Source: a virus. From it: a DNA stretch of 64,000 bases. The position numbers and the translations under genes are program-made. Numbering within the stretch: the first letter of the stretch is position 1; each line of letters opens with the position of its first letter. A model generated the notes under the pieces. That model saw nothing but the letters and a program-made list of their open reading frames with translations, ran no database searches and was not told the origin of the DNA. Positions 57,898 through 64,000 of this stretch are shown in pieces. The stretch lies in the IMG/VR virus record IMGVR_UViG_3300037325_000203. One strand, given 5' to 3'.

Positions 57898-57954
57898 ACA
57901 GTGTTCTTATTTTTCAATTAAAAGTTGAATTTTTATATTTGCTGAACGAACACT
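57898..57954 (-). ncRNA. Short CAGCAA element with Lys-like anticodon hairpin
   Basis: AGTGTTC-GTTCAGCAA..TTCAA-CTTTTAA-TTGAA..GAACACT-GT. Confidence 0.65.
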
Positions 57955-58159
57955 TTAGAAAATGGAGAGGACCATGGCATTGTGTATTTTAAGTAACACA
58001 TTGCGGCCCACATAATAAATTTGAGAGCATGCCTATCCTTTCGGACTCAACATATTGTCTCGAGCAAGCGAGTTTTAACAAACCATACTTCGCGGTAATC
58101 TAAGCCTGGGGCACCAGGATCCGCTACTTGGGACTCAGCCTGTCGTCTATCTCAAAAAA

Positions 58160-58230
58160 TGGTGGACCAGTGGGGAGTCGAACCCCACACAAGACATTGC
58201 AAGTGTCTAAACCGTTCCCACGGCAAGCCC
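58160..58230 (-). tRNA. tRNA-Ala(TGC), short D arm
   Basis: AGACA-CTTGCAA-TGTCT, G3-U70. Confidence 0.72.
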
Positions 58231-58356
58231 ATTATAAATTGTTACGTTGCTGGTTCCCTGACCAGTATTCTTGTAATATATTTCGTTTCCTATGCTGTGG
58301 TATACTAAGAGAGGCCGCAGAGTCGTTCACTCGAAATTTTTCTCGGTAACATAATC

Positions 58357-58443
58357 TGGTGGTGCATGTACGATTCGAACGTACTCATCCATAAGGAAAG
58401 AGGGTTACAGCCTCTCGCGACTCTCCAACTTCGCCGATACACC
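58357..58443 (-). tRNA. tRNA-Tyr(GTA)
   Basis: AGAGG-CTGTAAC-CCTCT, long variable arm. Confidence 0.88.
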
Positions 58444-58732
58444 AAAACTATTAACACATTGCGTCGCGGATATCTCACTCCCACTCGATTCCACAATGTG
58501 TATTATAAAATGTGCTACCTATTTAAATCGGTCCGCTAACGCAACCCTTGGGAGAGTATAGTCGGTGATAGTAACACACTTTATAATTCCGGTTCTGACT
58601 AACAGGTTATCGCCCTGCTTTTATGCCCCGAAAACGCCCTTTTGTCCCATGTTTTTACAGTGCAGGACACGGTACTCGTTACCGTTTATTCACACTGTCC
58701 GTAATACGCTCGTAAGCTTAACACGGATCAAC

Positions 58733-58763
58733 AAAAAAGCCTCTCTAGTTTCCTGGGAGGCTT
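58733..58763 (-). terminator. Terminator at head of tRNA array
   Basis: AAGCCTCCCAG-GAAA-CTAGAGAGGCTT-TTTT. Confidence 0.7.
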
Positions 58764-59539
58764 CCTTTTGTTAAATGTCTGGATACTTTTTTACTTGTGT
58801 CCAGACTCCTTACAGAAGGAAGCTGTTTTAATCGGATCTTGTTTATTACTCGGTGTTGTAAACCCCGCCCAATAACCGGCGCAGAGACGCTCGGAGGCTT
58901 GCGCCAACGTATGCATCTCGATTGCTAATTTTACGGTTGTAAACATTTTAATTCCAAAAATCTCAGTTATATTCAAGCACACAAGAATAATTTTGCGTAC
59001 AGTTATTTATCATCTGCGAACAAAACACTATCCAAACAGTGCTTTTTATCTAGTCTCAAGTTTAACAAAGTATAGTTAATCTGTCAAGTTATCTGCGTAA
59101 TCTTCTGTGAGACAAATATATTGCTTGCGACACTTTTATTTATCATCTTCGAGTATAACACCGTTTTAAATGTGTATCAAATCGCCAAAACTATATAGAG
59201 GTACACGCTACAGCGTTCTTATACATATCAAGCCACTATTGTAGCACTGTGTAACACAAGTGTCAACTGGTTTATACTGGATAAGTGTTGTCACCGAATG
59301 CACCACAGCTTTTATTAATATACGATAGAGGTGTCAATTTAACTTTTAACGTCTATTGCCAGTAACTGACTTAGTTACTGCCTGTGCTTCGGACAGGATC
59401 CAACATATCGTATAAATACAGAGACCTACACAATATATATGTGTTTATAGGCATATTGTATATTTATACAGGGGAGATGTCAAGTGCATGGATTACTTTT
59501 ACATACGAAAGGTGATAAATAGTTGAAACGGGGAATACT

Positions 59540-60790
59540 ATGGGAAGAATATCATTATGGAATCCAGTTAAAGGTGATGATTATAATTTTATTGACAGAA
59601 CAATTGGTGAGGGTATAAATATTAGCGGGGTTGGTGTGTTAGTACACATGTACGAAGGGCCTACTACGGACTCGGTCGGAAATACTGACACCTCGCTGAC
59701 AACTATACAAGATGTTCTTTTTCTGGCAAACAACAACAGAAAATATAATCCAAACGTAATAGAGATGAGGGGTCACTATACACCAACAGATGTGAACTAT
59801 GACCTATCGCAATTTGGTGTATTTCTAAGTTCGGATGTTATCCGAGTACAGTTCCATTTCAATGATATGATGGATTCTCTTGGCAGGAAACTTATAGCAG
59901 GGGATGTTTTGGAATTTCCAAACATGAGAGACATACCTATATTCGATAACGCAACCGGCATCAACAGGTACTATGTAGTGCAGGATGCGTTATTTGCTGC
60001 GGGCGGCTATGGACAAAAATGGTTCCCGCATATTTGGCTAGTAAGGGCTAAAATGTTGCAGGCATCTCAAGAGTACGATGAAATATTAGATCAGGCTGCT
60101 ACCGGGCAGACTGCTGGTGGCATCGGGCAAGGCATTGGTGTGATGCCAGAGGGATTTACAGAAACTTCCGATAAAGATAACAAGCCGGGCTTAGGCGGTG
60201 ACCCAAACATTACTAATTCACTTAATTTATTCTGTAAAATCATTGGCATTACAGATGAAATTGTTGCCGAGGCAGAGAAAAATGCATTCTTTGATCCAAA
60301 GTTTTTCGAGAGTGCAAACTTATATATCCATCTGGACGAGAATAATTACCCAGTCATTGGTAGCAATTACTTTGGTGGCGACGGGGCTCCCTCAAATTTG
60401 TCTACGGATAATAACGAGAACTTATCACCCAGCGGACCTTTAGTGGGTGCTGGTGTTGCATTCCCGGACGGAATGGTAAATGGTGAGTACTACTTACGAC
60501 TAGACTACTACCCTGAAAGATTATTTCAGAAGCAAAGCGGATGTTACAAACTTATAGAGGTAAATATTTTGAAAGTATGGACATCTTATAATCGTGTTCT
60601 CGACACGTTCATCGATAACAACAAGGACACTATTTTCCCTGACGGAACCATTATGCCTGAAAAACAAGCGGTATCTAGAGTGGTAAAACAAAAAGTGGAT
60701 CTTTATGCTAACAGGAAAGCCAAGGTTAAAGCAGATGAGGCTATCAGGTCGGGAATTGCTGATGAGCGTGCAAAAACAAAACCTAATTAA
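59540..60790 (+). CDS. Head closure/neck protein (gp14-like)
   Basis: IQD.LFL.N..RKY..DLSQFG.FL..GRKL.AGDVLE.P; late motif at 59514. Confidence 0.72.
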   Translation: MGRISLWNPVKGDDYNFIDRTIGEGINISGVGVLVHMYEGPTTDSVGNTDTSLTTIQDVLFLANNNRKYNPNVIEMRGHYTPTDVNYDLSQFGVFLSSDVIRVQFHFNDMMDSLGRKLIAGDVLEFPNMRDIPIFDNATGINRYYVVQDALFAAGGYGQKWFPHIWLVRAKMLQASQEYDEILDQAATGQTAGGIGQGIGVMPEGFTETSDKDNKPGLGGDPNITNSLNLFCKIIGITDEIVAEAEKNAFFDPKFFESANLYIHLDENNYPVIGSNYFGGDGAPSNLSTDNNENLSPSGPLVGAGVAFPDGMVNGEYYLRLDYYPERLFQKQSGCYKLIEVNILKVWTSYNRVLDTFIDNNKDTIFPDGTIMPEKQAVSRVVKQKVDLYANRKAKVKADEAIRSGIADERAKTKPN

Positions 60791-60919
60791 CATATGATTA
60801 TATGTAAGTATATGTAAAAATAAAAATGTGGCGACATCTGACAAAGGGGAAGGTAAATGGAAAACAGAATTCGTATGTGGTTTAGTAAATCGGGGGCGAC
60901 AGCTTAACGCTGCTGTACT

Positions 60920-62350
60920 ATTTCGGACTTTTTTTACGACGCGCAGGTACGCAGATATCTACTACAATTTATGCGGATCTTTTCAGATATTAAGATCAGA
61001 AAGGGCCCAGATGCCAACGGCTTATATACAGTGCAACGTGTGCCCATTATGTATGGTGACCCATCTTCTATGGTTGCTCAGCTTATTAAGGGTGCAAGCG
61101 AGAATACATTACTTCCGGCACCCATGTTTAGTGCTTGGATAGAAAATATCAGAATGGTCCCGGAGCGAAGACAGGACACACAGTATGTAAGAAAAACTTC
61201 TGTAATAGAGAGAAGATTCGACAGCAACACAGGATCATACAGCAGCGAGGCCGGGGTAAGACAAGATACAGAGATGTACATGCCTGTTCCATACGACATA
61301 AATTTCAGACTCGATGTATGGACAACTAACGTCACGGCAAAGTTGCAAATATTTGAACAAATAGGTGTTATCTTTAATCCATCTATTCAACTTCAACAGA
61401 ATAGTAACTTACTCGATTGGACTAGTATAACAGAAGTGTGGCTAGAAGATGTAATATGGACCAACCGATCTGTTCCTCAAGGAAGCGACGAACAACGTGA
61501 TGTGATGAGTTTTAAATTTAAAATACAAGCATGGATTAACCCTCCTGCAAAAGTCAAAAGAAGCGGACTCATTGCTGAAATTGTTACTCGCGTATTTGAT
61601 GTTCAGGACGTGGCCGGCATACATGATCCATTCGACTGTATCGGGGGAATTCCTGTCCAGATCGTCACGACCGTCGGTAATTACAAAATTTCAGTCACTA
61701 AAGGACCGTCGACTGATACAATCACATTACTAAATGCCAATGGTCAAATGGACACGAATCTAAGTTGGGATGATCTAATCAAGCAATACGGTCAAATTAC
61801 TCAAAATATTACAAACATCAGATTAAGACTAGATCCGAATTTAGACATATCAGATTCTGACATTATCGGAGGAATCATGCAAGATCCTAACAATCAAAAT
61901 GTATTGTTTTTTACACCGGATGTCGACACCTTACCGGTGGCTAGTATGCTGCCTATTTCTGCAATTATAGACCCAACTGAGGTGTTCCCGGGCAGCGGAC
62001 TGCCTACATCAATGCCGGGGCAACGATACTTGCTTACATCGGCTAACAGCGCAGGGGAGGAGCCCGCAATACCGGCTGGCGTACCTACATCGCCGTGGGG
62101 GCAACTCATAGTTGCATATCCAAATGACGTTATCGAGTATAACGGAACAAGATGGGTGGTAATATTCGACTCACAAAATGCTACATATAAAAATTATGTA
62201 ATAAATAATGAAAACGGATATCAGTATACATTTGACCCGGCTGCCGGAGAATGGACATATACGTATTACGGCACATATCAACCTGGATATTGGCGCATAG
62301 ATAACATAATTCAATCACCAGATGGAACTACAATCAGTACATACGAATAA
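60920..62350 (+). CDS. Tail terminator/sheath stabiliser (gp15-like), extended C-terminus
   Basis: FFYDAQVRRYLLQFMRIFS, VPIMYGD, MPVPY, QI.EQI..FNP; start uncertain (ATT at 60920 or ATG at 60971). Confidence 0.78.
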   Translation: MSDFFYDAQVRRYLLQFMRIFSDIKIRKGPDANGLYTVQRVPIMYGDPSSMVAQLIKGASENTLLPAPMFSAWIENIRMVPERRQDTQYVRKTSVIERRFDSNTGSYSSEAGVRQDTEMYMPVPYDINFRLDVWTTNVTAKLQIFEQIGVIFNPSIQLQQNSNLLDWTSITEVWLEDVIWTNRSVPQGSDEQRDVMSFKFKIQAWINPPAKVKRSGLIAEIVTRVFDVQDVAGIHDPFDCIGGIPVQIVTTVGNYKISVTKGPSTDTITLLNANGQMDTNLSWDDLIKQYGQITQNITNIRLRLDPNLDISDSDIIGGIMQDPNNQNVLFFTPDVDTLPVASMLPISAIIDPTEVFPGSGLPTSMPGQRYLLTSANSAGEEPAIPAGVPTSPWGQLIVAYPNDVIEYNGTRWVVIFDSQNATYKNYVINNENGYQYTFDPAAGEWTYTYYGTYQPGYWRIDNIIQSPDGTTISTYE

Positions 62351-62774
62351 ACTAGGGGTCGGAACAATTTTTGTTTCAACGAGGACTAAGCGGGTTCTGC
62401 TAAATCTCAGAGCGCTTCACAAAACTCACTCCATGTGCTGGTCACTGTGGGGTGGTATGGTCGAAGATAAAGAATCACCGAAGGAAGCATTATACAGGGA
62501 ACTTACTGAAGAAATGGGATTTGTTCCGGACATAGAAAGAATATACCCATTTGACGTATATCAAAGCAGGGATATGCATTTTAAGTATTACTCATTTGTG
62601 TGCGTGGTAGAAAATGAATTTGTACCTGAGTTAAATGTGGAAAGTTGCGGATACTGTTGGATAGACCTAGGGCAATGGCCAAAACCTATGCACCAAGGTG
62701 CCAGAATAAGTTTTGGTAACTCAAAAGCGATAGATAAGATAAATCTAATACTAAGTCAGCACATTATTGATTAA
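62322..62774 (+). CDS. NUDIX hydrolase
   Basis: GGMVEDKESPKEALYRELTEEMG Nudix box. Confidence 0.9.
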   Translation: MELQSVHTNKLGVGTIFVSTRTKRVLLNLRALHKTHSMCWSLWGGMVEDKESPKEALYRELTEEMGFVPDIERIYPFDVYQSRDMHFKYYSFVCVVENEFVPELNVESCGYCWIDLGQWPKPMHQGARISFGNSKAIDKINLILSQHIID

Positions 62775-63034
62775 CAACTCAGTCAGTCTTTTTGATTATG
62801 TGAAATACTGGCGAGTAAAATCCCAGGCTTTAAATCGAGGGGACTTTTTGAGGATGCTGGGCGCCCCCGCTAAATAGCTTCAATTGACATACGGAGTTTA
62901 GTGTGTTCTTTACTCGATAAGCGATTAACGGCTACTCGCTGGGTGACATATATTATCCAAGTTGACCAAATAAACTAGCAAAGCCTCAATTGCTAGTTTA
63001 TGTTGCTTATGGTATGTCAGTTCTCAACTAAACT

Positions 63035-63259
63035 TTACTCCGCTACGGCGTCTTGCAGAGGAGTTAGATCTTCGGTTGTCCAGAAATCCTTGGCGATCAT
63101 GATTCGTAGGTGCTCCTGATTGCGAGAAATGCGATCTATCTCATCGGCTGTCTGTACCGGTTTGGCCCTCAGGGTGTTGATCAATCTGACCGAATCCATT
63201 GAAGAAGAATATTGCTGTGCGATGTGCTCTGGCGAGTCCTGAACTTGTAAATTAGTCAT
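63035..63259 (-). CDS. Small fibre-associated protein
   Basis: Follows fibre gene; RN.EHL.IM..KDFWT.EDL. Confidence 0.65.
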   Translation of the reverse strand: MTNLQVQDSPEHIAQQYSSSMDSVRLINTLRAKPVQTADEIDRISRNQEHLRIMIAKDFWTTEDLTPLQDAVAE

Positions 63260-63268
63260 GTGTTTCCT

Positions 63269-64000
63269 TTAAGGGTGGGTTAATACGTAAGCGTCAAATT
63301 TCGCATTTAATTCCTGCAGGGCTTTAACTAAAACAGGAATTAGAGCGGTGTCAGTCATGCGCAGTTTATTTATGTCTTCATTGTCAATAATGACAGGATT
63401 AATGCCTTCTAGCGCCAACACGTCCTGAGCTTTAAAACCGTAACGCACGGGGCCTGTGGTCTCTTCGGATTCGCGAGTAGTACGGAATTGATAAGAAACT
63501 GGCTTTAGTGCTTTGACAAAATCTAGACCATGTGGTACAGGTGCAAAATTGATTTTGTCACGTGCATCTGATACCACAGTCCAAGCCACTTGAATGTAGG
63601 CGTTGGTAACTCCAGTAGAGCCCATACAGAAGCGATTGTTTTCGGTAGTTGGGTCGAATACTGGAGCGTAGCTGCCTGCTGAATTACGCGGGCTGAATCC
63701 TGTGTTTCCGCTGCCCGTGGTGTTGCTATAGAGTGCTTCCACCCCGCTGGCTGTGTTGTTGTCACCCGTGGTGTTGAAGCGGAGTGCGCTCTCCCCGCTG
63801 GCTGTGTTGTTGTTACCTGTGGTGTTGCTGCGAAGTGCATTCACCCCGCTAGCTGTGTTGTTGTCACCCGTCGTGTTGCTGTAGAGTGCGTTTCGCCCGC
63901 CGGCTGTGTTGTTAATACCCGTGGTGTTGTTGCGAAGTGCATTCACCCCGTTGGCTGTGTTGAAGCTGCCCGTGCTGTTGCTAAAGAGTGCGCTCACCCC
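63269..64000 (-). CDS. Tail fibre/spike with C-terminal peptidase S74 chaperone (3' part)
   Basis: 14-aa NTA.G..AL..NTTG repeats; SDARDK..LKPVSY..GFKAQDV..LVKALQEL. Confidence 0.85.
   Translation of the reverse strand, partial: GVSALFSNSTGSFNTANGVNALRNNTTGINNTAGGRNALYSNTTGDNNTASGVNALRSNTTGNNNTASGESALRFNTTGDNNTASGVEALYSNTTGSGNTGFSPRNSAGSYAPVFDPTTENNRFCMGSTGVTNAYIQVAWTVVSDARDKINFAPVPHGLDFVKALKPVSYQFRTTRESEETTGPVRYGFKAQDVLALEGINPVIIDNEDINKLRMTDTALIPVLVKALQELNAKFDAYVLTHP
63700..64000. repeat. 42-bp tandem coding repeat
   Basis: gctgtgttg..cccgtggtgttg..agtgc recurs with 42-bp period. Confidence 0.85.

Noticed and set aside
47317-58443. Suppressor tRNAs or alternative genetic code
   Set aside because: No CTA, TTA or TCA anticodon found (Leu TAG/TAA and Ser TGA are sense anticodons); long ORFs are intact in code 11.
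63700-64000. Possible CRISPR or DGR repeat
   Set aside because: 42-bp codon repeat of a fibre beta-solenoid; no reverse transcriptase seen.

Overview
A 64-kb segment of a large T4-like (jumbo myovirus-type) phage genome, in standard genetic code and mostly on the minus strand. Virion genes sit at both ends: tail sheath and neck on the left; head closure, tail terminator and an S74-chaperone tail fibre on the right. Also present are rIIA/rIIB, dNMP kinase, DHFR, DenV, spanins and homing endonucleases. An 11.8-kb cluster with late-type promoters encodes five membrane desaturases, a hydroxylase, a B12-type radical SAM enzyme, a methyltransferase, and GNAT-like and ATP-pyrophosphatase-like enzymes; IscA and ErpA follow it. 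The non-coding RNA content is unusually rich: about 40 tRNAs (many non-canonical), a permuted two-piece tmRNA, a ~900-nt GOLLD-like RNA and many stem-closed RNA cassettes. The best candidate for a new system is a DUF2828 (vWA, possibly Ro60/TROVE-like) protein gene together with a dispersed family of 'AG-stem-CAGCAA' RNAs. One copy overlaps that gene's RBS. Two long copies have their own promoters. Several short copies carry anticodon-like loops, and one is inserted into a tRNA-Arg. A 23S rRNA L11-site mimic lies just downstream of the gene. A separate cross-paired 'two-headed' alanine-acceptor RNA was also found. All calls are by eye, without database searches.
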